Below, piece after piece: positions 46,398 through 56,141 of a stretch of DNA of 64,000 nucleotides. This DNA is from an uncultured Bacillota bacterium (GTDB taxonomy: Bacteria > Bacillota_I > Bacilli_A > RF39 > UBA660), in assembly GCA_902492995.1 (NCBI GenBank), contig CABUNR010000003.1, positions 3,482 to 67,481 on the forward strand, given 5' to 3'. The notes under the pieces were generated by a model. The model was not told the DNA's origin. It saw only the letters and a program-made list of their open reading frames with translations, and did no database searches. Position 1 is the first letter of the stretch; every line of letters begins with the position of its first letter. Both the position numbers and the translations under genes were made by a program.

Positions 46398-47072
46398 ATG
46401 AAAAAAAAGAAACAAAAAATTTTTAATTTAAATCTAGCTTTAATTATTATATCTATTTGTTTATTAATATCTATTATACTTAATATTTATATTTATAATA
46501 ATAAAAGTAACAATTACATTGTAGATGAAAATATAGTTTTTTTTGGTGATTCAATTACTAATAAATATAAGGTAGAAGAATTTTTTCCTAATAATCATGT
46601 TATTAATAGTGGTATAAGTGGTGATGGTAGTAAAGATTTGCTTAAAAGAATGGATGATGTTTATAAATATAATCCTTCAAAAGTTTTTTTACTTATTGGA
46701 ATTAACGATTTAAATCATGATATTAAAGAAAATGATTTACTTAATAATATTCAAAAAATTATTAACGGAATAAAAACAAATAGAAAATATACTAAAATAT
46801 ATGTTGAATCTATTTATCCTATCAATAGAAATACTTTTAATGATAAGGATTATTCTTTTAATGAGAATGTTACAAATGATACTATTAAAGAATTTAATAA
46901 AAAGTTAAAAAATTTATGTAGGGAAAATGAAATTACTTACATTGATGTTTATAGTAAACTTTTAGATTCAGATGGAAATTTAAAAGATATTTATACTATT
47001 GAAGGTTTACATTTAAACGATTTAGGTTACTATAAAGTTACTTCTAGCATTATTAATGAAGTTAAAAATTAA
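46398..47072 (+). CDS. SGNH/GDSL hydrolase family protein, membrane anchored
   Basis: Block I is FFGDSITN, block III is GINDL, and block V is EGLHLND. Confidence 0.75.
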   Translation: MKKKKQKIFNLNLALIIISICLLISIILNIYIYNNKSNNYIVDENIVFFGDSITNKYKVEEFFPNNHVINSGISGDGSKDLLKRMDDVYKYNPSKVFLLIGINDLNHDIKENDLLNNIQKIINGIKTNRKYTKIYVESIYPINRNTFNDKDYSFNENVTNDTIKEFNKKLKNLCRENEITYIDVYSKLLDSDGNLKDIYTIEGLHLNDLGYYKVTSSIINEVKN

Positions 47073-47089
47073 AAAAATAATCAATATGA

Positions 47090-48118
47090 TTATTTTTTCA
47101 TTTGTTCTTTTATAAATTTTCCACTTTCACTTAAATTTTTATCACTTATATCATATTCATTTGTATTTGGAAGTAAAAGAGCTGATGTTTCATTTTTATC
47201 TGATAAAGACCAATTAATAAAACTTATTTTTTTATCTCTTAAATAATTTAACCATTTTATTGTTTCTTCTTTAAATACACCACCTGTACCATCTGCATTA
47301 CTTACACCAAACTCACTTACTATAATAGCAATATTTTTACTTCTTGCATAATCAATTCTATCTCTAAGCCATTTTTGGTGTGTTCCAGCGTAAAAATGAC
47401 ATGCATACATTATATTGCTATAATTAAGTGGATTATCAGCAGCGTCATTTATATCTTGACTCCATGTTCCTGTTCCTACAATTATAATATTATCTGTATA
47501 TTTTCTAATTAATGGTATAATTTCTTCGGCATATTTTTTTATATCATTATTCCATGTAACATTCCCATTTGGTTCATTACATATTTCAAATATAACATTT
47601 GGTGTATCTTTATATTCAATAGCCATTTCGGTAAAAAATTCTTTTGCTTCTTCTTTATGTATATTTGGATTATTATCACTTAAGATATGCCAATCTATAA
47701 TAACATACATATCAAGTTTAATTGCTATATTAGCAATTTCTTTTACTTTATCTTTTAATGACTTATTATATATATATCCATTTTCTTCGGTATACATTGC
47801 AATTCTAAAAACATTAGTATTCCAATCATCTCTAAGTGTTTTTATAACTTTTTCATTAGCAAATTTAGAGTACCATTGTATTCCATGTGTACTTATTCCT
47901 TTTAATATTATTTCTTCTTCATATTGATTAACTAAATTTGCTTTATCTACTTTTAGTTTTCCATTATAACTTACAAGATTATTTTTCTCTTGTTTTTTAT
48001 TTGTATTTTCTTTTATTTTTTTATTTTCTTTTTCTTCTATATTACTTTGTTTACTACTATTAAAATATAGAAAAACGATACTTAATATAATTAGAATAAT
48101 TGGTATTATTTTTTTCAT
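47090..48118 (-). CDS. glycoside hydrolase family 5 endoglucanase (secreted or anchored)
   Basis: GISTHGIQWY, FRIAMYT, IIDWHIL, VIFEICNEPNG (acid/base Glu) and VSEFG (nucleophile Glu). Confidence 0.8.
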   Translation of the reverse strand: MKKIIPIILIILSIVFLYFNSSKQSNIEEKENKKIKENTNKKQEKNNLVSYNGKLKVDKANLVNQYEEEIILKGISTHGIQWYSKFANEKVIKTLRDDWNTNVFRIAMYTEENGYIYNKSLKDKVKEIANIAIKLDMYVIIDWHILSDNNPNIHKEEAKEFFTEMAIEYKDTPNVIFEICNEPNGNVTWNNDIKKYAEEIIPLIRKYTDNIIIVGTGTWSQDINDAADNPLNYSNIMYACHFYAGTHQKWLRDRIDYARSKNIAIIVSEFGVSNADGTGGVFKEETIKWLNYLRDKKISFINWSLSDKNETSALLLPNTNEYDISDKNLSESGKFIKEQMKK

Positions 48119-48156
48119 TTTATCACCAAATTCATTATAACATAAAAAGCGATTTT

Positions 48157-48588
48157 TTAATCGCTTTCTAAAGTAATCATAATATTATCTCTTTTTCTTC
48201 TTTTACAATAATAATATGCTAAATTCAAATTTTTTCTTTTTCTTTTATTTTCTTCTTTTTCTATTGGTTTAAATTCTAATGAACTTTTTTGTACTTGAAA
48301 GTCATTTTGTTTAAAATGATTGTATTTCTTACTATTTTCTAATATTTTTAAGTTTTCATTTATTTCAATCATTTCTCTTTTTACTTCTTCTAGTTTATTT
48401 TGAAAATAAATTCTATCTTTTTTTAGTAATTTTTTATCTAAATTTAATTTTATTAAATTCATTAGACTATTTATTCTTTTTAATTTATTTTCTAAAATTA
48501 TTATTTCTTTTAAATATTCCCCTTCTTCTATTAGATTTTCTACACCAATTATGTTACGATTATCATCTCTAATAAATATCTTTGTCAT
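48157..48588 (-). CDS. hypothetical coiled-coil protein
   Basis: Open frame only. Confidence 0.35.
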   Translation of the reverse strand: MTKIFIRDDNRNIIGVENLIEEGEYLKEIIILENKLKRINSLMNLIKLNLDKKLLKKDRIYFQNKLEEVKREMIEINENLKILENSKKYNHFKQNDFQVQKSSLEFKPIEKEENKRKRKNLNLAYYYCKRRKRDNIMITLESD

Positions 48589-48643
48589 CTACTTCTCTCC
48601 TTAGAAAATATATATTATATTAATTTTAATAATTTGTCAAATT

Positions 48644-51589
48644 TTACTTAACTTCTTCTAATTTTACACTAACAAGTTTAGATACTCCTGATTCCTGCAT
48701 CGTTATTCCATATAATATGTCTGCATATTCCATTGTTCTTTTTTTATGTGTTATAAGTATGAATTGTGTTTTTGATTGTAGTTGTTTCAAATAACTACCA
48801 AATGAATCAACATTTACTTCATCTAATGCAGCTTCTACTTCATCTAATATACAAAAAGGTACTGGTCTTGATTTTAATATAGCAAATAATAAACTGATTG
48901 CTGTAAAGGTTTTTTCTCCTCCTGATAAAAGAGAGATACTTTTTAGACTTTTTCCTGGTGGAGATGCGACTATTTCAATTCCTGTTTCTAATATATTATT
49001 TGGATCTGTTAATTTTAAATCAGCAGTTCCACCTTTAAATAGATCTTTAAATGTTTGTTTAAAATTTTCTCTTATTATTTTAAATGTTTTTGTGAATTCT
49101 GTTTCCATTACTTCATCCATTTCTTTTATAATTAAAAGTAATGTATCCTCTGCTTTTAATAAATCATTTTGTTGATTTATTAAATAATTATATCTTTCAC
49201 TAACTCTATCATACTCTTCTATAGCATCAATATTTACATTTCCTAAATCTTTAATTATTCTTCTTAGATTATTTACTTTATTTCTAGCTTCATTTTCTTC
49301 TATTTCTAATTTATACATAGTTGTTGCTTTTTCATAAGTTAATGAATATGTTTCATTTAATTTATTTAATAAGTTATCTAATTTTACATCCATCCTATTA
49401 ACATCTATTTCTAAATCTTTTAGTTCTTTATTTTTTTCTTTATATATACTATTTTCTTGTTTTAATGCTGCTTCATATTCTTCTAAATCAATATTTAAAT
49501 TTGTCTTTTCTTTTTTTAATTCTTCTAATTTTAATTCACATTTATTTTTTAAATCTAGTTCTTTATAATATTTTTCTAATATTTTTTGTTCTTCATCACT
49601 TAAATTATTATTTAATAATTTATCTGTTCCATTTATTTCATCTTTTGCAAATTTCAATTTTAATTTATATTCTTCTTTTGTTTCTGTTCTTACATTTATG
49701 TATTCTTCTTTACTTATTTTATCCTTGTTTAGTAAATATATTTTGTCTTCTAAGGCTTTATAGTTATAGTCTGTAACATTTATTTCATTTTCTATTTCTT
49801 TTATTTTTTTTACGACTCCATCAATATCTTTAAGGCTATTTTCAAGTTCATATTTATCACTAATTATGTTATTTCTTCTAAAATCAGTTCCACCTGTTAT
49901 TGAACCTCCTACATGTAGTAATTCTCCGTCTAGTGTAACTATTTTATATCTGTGATTAATTAATTTACTTATTTTATTAGCATTTTCTATATTATCTACA
50001 ATTAAAACATTTCCAAGTTGATTTTCTATTATATTTTGATATTTTTTATCAAATTTTACTAATTTTGATGCAACAGAAATAAATCCTTCTACATTTAATA
50101 CAATATTTAAAGTATTTTCATCTATACTTTTTCCTTTTATTATATTAAGTGGGAAAAAGGTTGCTCTACCTAATTTATTTTCTTTCAAATATTTTATTGC
50201 TTCACTTGCATTTTTTTCGCTCTCTACTACTATATATGATGTAGATGCTCCAAGACTAGTTGTAATTGCAACAGAATATTTCTCTTCTACTTCAATTAAG
50301 TTTCCAATTGCATCACAAATTCCTGTTAATTTTATGTTATTTAAAACATTTTTTACAGATGTTGGAAGACTGCCATTGTTCTCTATTTTTTCTTTTAAAT
50401 TATCTATTTTTTCTTCTAATTTATTTTTTTCTCTTATTTTTGAACTTAAATTATATTCTAAATTTATTTTAGTTGTTTTTTGGCTTTCTATTTGTTTTTC
50501 TGTTTTTGCGATTTCTTCTTTTATGTTATTTAATTCTTTTTCTTTTATTTCTATTTCATCTATTATTTTATTAATATTATTTTGTAACTCCAATTCCTTT
50601 TCTTTTAATTCTATAATATTATTATGTAGTTTTGTGTCTTCTACATTATATTTTTTTCTTTCTATTAAAATTGTTTTTTCACTATTTATCTGCTCAACAT
50701 TTTTTATTTTTTCTAATAATTCTTTATTATAATTATTTATTTCTTGTTCTATTTTATTTAATTTTAGTTTATATTCTTCTACTTTTGCTTCTTTATTTGT
50801 ATTTGTTACGGATATTTCTAATAATTCTTTATTTATTTGTTCTATTTTATTTTTTGATTCTAAATATTTATAATTTATATCAGTTATATCTCTTGTTATT
50901 AAAGCAACTTCTATATTTTTTAATTCTTCTTGTTTTTCTTTGTATATTATTGCTTTATCTCTTTGTTCCTTTAATGGTTCAACCTGATTTTTTAATTCGT
51001 TTACAATATCACTTATTCTACTCATATTATCATGAGTTCTTTCTAGTTTTCTTAATGCTTCTTCTTTTCTTTTTCTATATTTAAGTACACTTGCTGCTTC
51101 TTCAAAAATAACCCTTCTATTTTCTGGTTTACTGCTTATTATTTCTTCAACTTTTCCTTGTGAAATTATATTGAATGATTCTTTAGCAATACCACTATCT
51201 AAAAGTAAGTCTGTTATATCCTTAAGTCTAGCTCTTTCATTATTTATAAAATATTCATTTGTAGAATCTTTGTATACCCTTCTTGTTATTGAAACTTCAT
51301 CATAATCTAAGGGTAAATATTTATCTTTATTATCAAAAACTAATGTTACACTAGCACTACCTGATGGTTTTCTTGATTTAGATCCTGAAAAAATGACATC
51401 TGTCATATTTCCTTCCCCTCTAAGTGATTTTACGGATTGTTCACCTAGCACCCATCTTACAGCATCTACAACATTACTTTTTCCACTACCATTTGGACCT
51501 ACTACACCTGTAATTCCATTTGTAAGTTCTATATTAATTTTATCAGCAAATGACTTAAATCCATTCGCTACTATTTTTTTTAAATACAT
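48644..51589 (-). CDS. smc: chromosome segregation protein SMC (short form, 981 aa)
   Basis: Walker A GPNGSGKSN, a long coiled coil with a central hinge (GICDAIGNLIEVEEKY...), the signature LSGGEKT, and Walker B FCILDEVEAALD. Confidence 0.85.
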   Translation of the reverse strand: MYLKKIVANGFKSFADKINIELTNGITGVVGPNGSGKSNVVDAVRWVLGEQSVKSLRGEGNMTDVIFSGSKSRKPSGSASVTLVFDNKDKYLPLDYDEVSITRRVYKDSTNEYFINNERARLKDITDLLLDSGIAKESFNIISQGKVEEIISSKPENRRVIFEEAASVLKYRKRKEEALRKLERTHDNMSRISDIVNELKNQVEPLKEQRDKAIIYKEKQEELKNIEVALITRDITDINYKYLESKNKIEQINKELLEISVTNTNKEAKVEEYKLKLNKIEQEINNYNKELLEKIKNVEQINSEKTILIERKKYNVEDTKLHNNIIELKEKELELQNNINKIIDEIEIKEKELNNIKEEIAKTEKQIESQKTTKINLEYNLSSKIREKNKLEEKIDNLKEKIENNGSLPTSVKNVLNNIKLTGICDAIGNLIEVEEKYSVAITTSLGASTSYIVVESEKNASEAIKYLKENKLGRATFFPLNIIKGKSIDENTLNIVLNVEGFISVASKLVKFDKKYQNIIENQLGNVLIVDNIENANKISKLINHRYKIVTLDGELLHVGGSITGGTDFRRNNIISDKYELENSLKDIDGVVKKIKEIENEINVTDYNYKALEDKIYLLNKDKISKEEYINVRTETKEEYKLKLKFAKDEINGTDKLLNNNLSDEEQKILEKYYKELDLKNKCELKLEELKKEKTNLNIDLEEYEAALKQENSIYKEKNKELKDLEIDVNRMDVKLDNLLNKLNETYSLTYEKATTMYKLEIEENEARNKVNNLRRIIKDLGNVNIDAIEEYDRVSERYNYLINQQNDLLKAEDTLLLIIKEMDEVMETEFTKTFKIIRENFKQTFKDLFKGGTADLKLTDPNNILETGIEIVASPPGKSLKSISLLSGGEKTFTAISLLFAILKSRPVPFCILDEVEAALDEVNVDSFGSYLKQLQSKTQFILITHKKRTMEYADILYGITMQESGVSKLVSVKLEEVK

Positions 51590-51676
51590 ACAATCACACT
51601 TTCTAATTATTTATTATACTATATTTTAAAGAAAAAAGGAATGTTATATATAAAGAAAAAAAGATATAAATATCTT

Positions 51677-51886
51677 TTATTTAATAACATGTTTATGGTC
51701 ATCATAAAATAATTCATCTGGTTTCATTTTAAAAATTTTTGCTATTTTAACAGCCATATCATAAGTTAATCTTCTTCTTCCATTTTCTATTTGTGAATAA
51801 AAAGGTTTACTTATTCCAAGTATTTCAGCTATGTATCTACTTGTATAATTATTTTTTATTCTTAGTTCTTTTAATTTAGAATTCAT
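51677..51886 (-). CDS. XRE-family helix-turn-helix transcriptional regulator
   Basis: LKELRIKNNYTSRYIAEILGISKPFYSQIENGRRRLT is a classic HTH_3 pattern. Confidence 0.8.
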   Translation of the reverse strand: MNSKLKELRIKNNYTSRYIAEILGISKPFYSQIENGRRRLTYDMAVKIAKIFKMKPDELFYDDHKHVIK

Positions 51887-51997
51887 TTTTACTCCTCCCT
51901 AATCATTATATCATAAGTTCACTAATAGTGTACTGAAGTTTATATATAAAAGTTATAAAATATAGATAATTGGTAATTTTTGGAAATAGGTGGTAAT

Positions 51998-52249
51998 ATG
52001 ATTACTAATAATGTTATTCATAAACAATATGAAACATTTAGTGAAAATATAAAATATTATAGGAAAAAGCTTAATCTAACACAAGAAGAATTAGCTGAAA
52101 AATCTGATTTAAGTATTTCTTATATTAAACAAATTGAATCTAATAAAGAATTTAAAAATGTTTCTTTAACTGTTATATTAAAATTATCTAAAGCTTTAGA
52201 TGTTAGTGTTGATAAATTATTTATTATTAAAATTAAAACGTCAGATTGA
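51998..52249 (+). CDS. XRE-family helix-turn-helix transcriptional regulator (divergent partner)
   Basis: IKYYRKKLNLTQEELAEKSDLSISYIKQIESNK. The ATG at 51998 is preceded by AGGTGG. Confidence 0.75.
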   Translation: MITNNVIHKQYETFSENIKYYRKKLNLTQEELAEKSDLSISYIKQIESNKEFKNVSLTVILKLSKALDVSVDKLFIIKIKTSD

Positions 52250-52256
52250 CGTTTTT

Positions 52257-53009
52257 TTAGTCTTCTACATTATGATATACGTTTTTAACATCTTCTATAT
52301 CATCTAACATAGAAACAAGTCTATCAAAGATTTCTCTATCTTCACCTTCTATTTTGATTTTTTCTTTTGGAAGCATTGAAATTTCATCAATTTCAAATTC
52401 AACAGGCTTAATAGTTTCTATTGCTGATTTTAAGGCATATGAATCTTTAGGATTTCCATAAATAATAACTAAATCATTATCAGTTTCAATATCATCAATA
52501 TCTAAATCAGCATCTATAATAGCATTCATAACATCTTCTTCTTGTAATCCTTTAAATCCTATAATACATAAATTATCATAATTAAATGATACAGAGCCTT
52601 GTACACCCATTTTACATTTACATTTATTTAATGCTGCCTTTACACTACTAATTGATCTATTAACATTATCAGTTAAACATTCTACAATAATGGTTGATCC
52701 TGCTGGTCCAAAAATCTCATAATTTACTTTTTCATATGATTCATCTACACCACTATTTACTTTATCAATAGCTCTTTTTATTATATCAGCTGGAACTTGT
52801 TCTTTTTTTGCACGTTCCATTATTCTTTTAAGTGATGCATTAGAATTTGGATCTGTTCCCCCTCGTTTTGCAATATCATATATTTCTCTTGCATACATTG
52901 AATATAATTTTGCTTTTGCTGCACCTGTTTTTTGAATGCTTGCTTTTCTAACTTCATAAGCTCTACCAAATAATTGGATATCTAATTTCATATAATCACT
53001 CTTTCTCAT
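52257..53009 (-). CDS. YebC/PmpR family DNA-binding transcriptional regulator
   Basis: GRAYEVRKASIQKTGAAKAKLYSMYAREIYDIAKRGGTDPNSNASLKRIMERAKKEQVPADIIKRAIDK fits the YebC/YeeN family. The exact start is uncertain. Confidence 0.8.
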   Translation of the reverse strand: MRKSDYMKLDIQLFGRAYEVRKASIQKTGAAKAKLYSMYAREIYDIAKRGGTDPNSNASLKRIMERAKKEQVPADIIKRAIDKVNSGVDESYEKVNYEIFGPAGSTIIVECLTDNVNRSISSVKAALNKCKCKMGVQGSVSFNYDNLCIIGFKGLQEEDVMNAIIDADLDIDDIETDNDLVIIYGNPKDSYALKSAIETIKPVEFEIDEISMLPKEKIKIEGEDREIFDRLVSMLDDIEDVKNVYHNVED

Positions 53010-53068
53010 TCCATATTTATTTTACATTATATAATATAATTTTACAAGAAAAAAATATCACAAGGATA

Positions 53069-54529
53069 TTATTTTTCATTATTTAGTGTTTCTTTTATTT
53101 TTGTTTTTGCAAGTTCTACTGTACTCATATCTGGTTCCATTACATATAATTTTTGGCTTGGATATGAATATGTATAATTACTACTATCACGACCATTAAC
53201 ACTTTGTGATGTTATATTCCATTTTGGCATAGTATTTAATTGATTTTTTATTAAACTTGTTAAATCTTTTGTTGCCATATTTGTTTGAAAACTTCCATCT
53301 AAAGTATTTAATAGGCTATTATATTTAGAAATAATTGTTTTTGAGGATAACATTTTATTCATTATTGCTGTTAATACATCTTGTTGATTTTTTACTCTAT
53401 GTCTATCTCCTTCTTGATATGCATGTCTTTCTCTTGCGAATGCAAGGGCAGTTTTACCATTCATATGAACATTTCCTTTTTTTATTGTAATTGCAGGATC
53501 TGTCCATGGAATAAATGTTTTATCTGAATATACATCTATTCCCCCTATTACATCTACTACATCTATTAATGTTGTAAAATTAACTCTAAAATAATAATTT
53601 ATTTCTATTCCAAAAAGGTCTTCTAACGTTTTTACGCTTTTATCTACACCATATATTCCTGCATGTGTTAACTTATCTTTTAATCCAGTTGTTCCATTTA
53701 ATTTAATGTAATAATCTCTTGGTATTGATGTTAATAATATTTCATGCGTTGTCGGATTTACAGTTGCTATCATATTTACATCACTTCTTGATACTGATGA
53801 TATAGCTCCATATGTATCAATTCCACTTATAAATATATTAAATGGTTCTTTTGTTACTTTTACTTCTTTTGCTATACTTTTGGTTTTTGTTTTAATAGAA
53901 ATAGTTGCTAATATTTTAGTTTTATCTTTAAATCCAGTTACTTCTTCATCTAAATTTACTTTATATGATTCACTTATAAAGATTGCATCGACATTTTCAT
54001 TTAACAAATCATTTGCTAGTTTAATGTGATCTTTATAATCTTTATTTTTTGTTTCTACTTTTTTTTCTATTTTTTCTTTAGCCTTTTTATATGTATCAGT
54101 ATCGGTATTAAAAAATCCCATTTTATATGATTTTAAATCATCTAGTTTAAAGTATGTTTCATTATCTAATACTACTACATAATAGTTTTCTACTTGATAT
54201 CCTGAGCTAGTTATATTTTCTAAGAAATCTACTGTGTTATATAAATAATTTATTCCAAATATAAATACTAACGAAAATAAAATAGCAAATATGTTTGTTG
54301 GAATTTTTAATTTTGTTTTTATCTTTGGAATAAACAAAATTAAATTTATTATAATAGCTATTATAGCTATTACACTAAATACTAATGAAAAGTATTTAGT
54401 TGGAAGTACATCCATATATATAATTAGTCCAGAAAAAATTATAAGTAATATATCAAAAAGTATTCCGATAATTCGACTGAATATATTAACTTTTTTCTTT
54501 TTTTTAGAATTGTTTTTATTTTTATTCAT
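53069..54529 (-). CDS. LytR-CpsA-Psr (LCP) family protein
   Basis: N-terminal TMs, then FNIFISGIDTYG...RSDVNMIATVNP...LTSIPRDYY...ALAFARERH. Confidence 0.85.
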   Translation of the reverse strand: MNKNKNNSKKKKKVNIFSRIIGILFDILLIIFSGLIIYMDVLPTKYFSLVFSVIAIIAIIINLILFIPKIKTKLKIPTNIFAILFSLVFIFGINYLYNTVDFLENITSSGYQVENYYVVVLDNETYFKLDDLKSYKMGFFNTDTDTYKKAKEKIEKKVETKNKDYKDHIKLANDLLNENVDAIFISESYKVNLDEEVTGFKDKTKILATISIKTKTKSIAKEVKVTKEPFNIFISGIDTYGAISSVSRSDVNMIATVNPTTHEILLTSIPRDYYIKLNGTTGLKDKLTHAGIYGVDKSVKTLEDLFGIEINYYFRVNFTTLIDVVDVIGGIDVYSDKTFIPWTDPAITIKKGNVHMNGKTALAFARERHAYQEGDRHRVKNQQDVLTAIMNKMLSSKTIISKYNSLLNTLDGSFQTNMATKDLTSLIKNQLNTMPKWNITSQSVNGRDSSNYTYSYPSQKLYVMEPDMSTVELAKTKIKETLNNEK

Positions 54530-54619
54530 TTTATCACCTAGTTAATTATATCATATAAATTTAAAAAACTAAATATCTAATATTTAGTTTAACCATTTTA
54601 TTTAATTTAATATCATAAA

Positions 54620-55372
54620 TTATATTCTTATTGAATCTAATTTAAGTTTATCAGCTATTGTTACAATAAATTCACTATTTGTTGGCTTTGCTTTATCTAT
54701 ATCGACACTATGTCCAAATATTTCTTCCATTAAATCCCAGCTTCCTCTATTCCAACTTACTTCTATAGCATGTCTTATTGCTCTTTCTACTCTTGATACT
54801 GTTGTATCAAATTTATGGGCTAATTCAGGATACAATTCTTTTGTTATTCCACCTATTATTTCTGGTCTTCCATATATTATTCCTACTGCTTCTCTTATAT
54901 ACTGATATCCTTTTATATGTGATGGTATTCCAAGTTCATGTAATATCTTGGTTATCGATATTTGTAAATTGTTATTTGTTAAATTCATTTTTTTATTTTG
55001 ATCAAATACGCTTAAAATTCTTTTGTGTAAATCTGACAATTCAAATGGTTTCAATATAAAATAGTTTACACCATAACTTGATACTTCTTCTATAACTTCT
55101 TGTGAATTATAACTTGTTTGAACTATTACTTTTTTATCTATATTTCTTTTTTTCATTTCTTCTAATACATACATTCCATCTTTTTTGGGCATTATTAAAT
55201 CTAGAAGAATTATATCATATTTATCTTGTTTTTTTTCTGCTAATTCTATTCCGTCTGTTCCATCATATGCAACAAGGTCAATACTTATTTGATTATTCCC
55301 TTTAAAATATTCTTTTACCATATCTATTAAGTTTTTATTATCATCTATCATAAGTACTCTTATTTTGTTCAT
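54620..55372 (-). CDS. spo0A: sporulation master regulator Spo0A
   Basis: Receiver domain (VLMIDDN...IILLDLIMPKKDG) plus the diagnostic Spo0A C-terminal domain HELGIPSHIKGYQYIREAVGIIY...TKELYPELAHKFDTTVSRVERAIRHAIEVSWNRG...KPTNSEFI. Confidence 0.95.
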   Translation of the reverse strand: MNKIRVLMIDDNKNLIDMVKEYFKGNNQISIDLVAYDGTDGIELAEKKQDKYDIILLDLIMPKKDGMYVLEEMKKRNIDKKVIVQTSYNSQEVIEEVSSYGVNYFILKPFELSDLHKRILSVFDQNKKMNLTNNNLQISITKILHELGIPSHIKGYQYIREAVGIIYGRPEIIGGITKELYPELAHKFDTTVSRVERAIRHAIEVSWNRGSWDLMEEIFGHSVDIDKAKPTNSEFIVTIADKLKLDSIRI

Positions 55373-55436
55373 TTTATCTTCCTTTCTTACTATGATATTA
55401 TTTTACAACTAACTACTTATGAAATTTATCTAATTA

Positions 55437-55443
55437 TGTCGAA
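55437..55443 (+). promoter_or_regulatory. perfect 0A-box (TGTCGAA) about 65 nt upstream of spo0A
   Basis: The heptamer TGTCGAA occurs in the spo0A 5' intergenic region. Spo0A autoregulation via 0A boxes is established in Bacillus and Clostridium. Confidence 0.4.
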
Positions 55444-55460
55444 TAAGATAAAAAAAGTCA

Positions 55461-56141
55461 CTAATTACAAGCAACTTCTATCAATTCTTTTATATTTAAT
55501 GATGTTCTGCCTATTAAATACCCATCTAATTCTTTTATTTGTTTTAGATATTCAATATTTTTCTTATTAATATTTCCACCATATAGAACCATTATATCAT
55601 TAATTTTATATTTTTTCACAATTTTTTTTATATATTTTATCATTTTTTCTATATACTTTACATTTATATTTTTATTGCTACTAACCATGTATTTTGGTTC
55701 ATATGCTATTATAATTTTATCTAAATTTATATTTTTTAAATAACTATTTATTGCTTTTCTTATTGTCCTTTTTTTATAAATATCTTTTTTATTTTCTCCT
55801 ATACATACTATTGGAGTTATACCATATTTTTTGCATAATTTTATTTTTTTATTAATTGTTTTATTATTATTTTTTACTTCACTATGTCCTATAATTACAT
55901 AACTTATATCTAGTGATTTTACTTGTCTACATGATATACTTCCTGTGTGATTTCCTCTTTCATGTTCTGATACATCTTGTACACCTAAATTCAGGTTTGC
56001 TTCTTTAAAACAAGGAATATATATTGTAGATGGGCAAAATATTATATTATCTGTTTTTTCTTTTTTGATTTTTTCTAAATAATTTTTTACTTCATCATAA
56101 TCTAGATACATTTTCATATTAGCAACTATGATTTTATTCAT
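55461..56141 (-). CDS. tpiA: triosephosphate isomerase (short, with a divergent loop 6)
   Basis: NMKMY (Asn/Lys), IIGHSE (His), AYEP (Glu) and LYGGNI. The canonical PVWAIGTG lid is replaced by PKYMVSSN. 226 aa. Confidence 0.75.
   Translation of the reverse strand: MNKIIVANMKMYLDYDEVKNYLEKIKKEKTDNIIFCPSTIYIPCFKEANLNLGVQDVSEHERGNHTGSISCRQVKSLDISYVIIGHSEVKNNNKTINKKIKLCKKYGITPIVCIGENKKDIYKKRTIRKAINSYLKNINLDKIIIAYEPKYMVSSNKNINVKYIEKMIKYIKKIVKKYKINDIMVLYGGNINKKNIEYLKQIKELDGYLIGRTSLNIKELIEVACN

Noticed and set aside
49465-51629. Track ORFs 49465-49776, 50266-50472, 50334-50732, 50632-51084 and 51393-51629 (+)
   Set aside because: They lie antisense to smc. The repetitive K/E/N/L coiled-coil codons generate long F/L/I open frames on the opposite strand.
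54291-55305. Track ORFs 54291-54545, 54778-55059 and 55102-55305 (+)
   Set aside because: They lie antisense to the LCP gene and spo0A.
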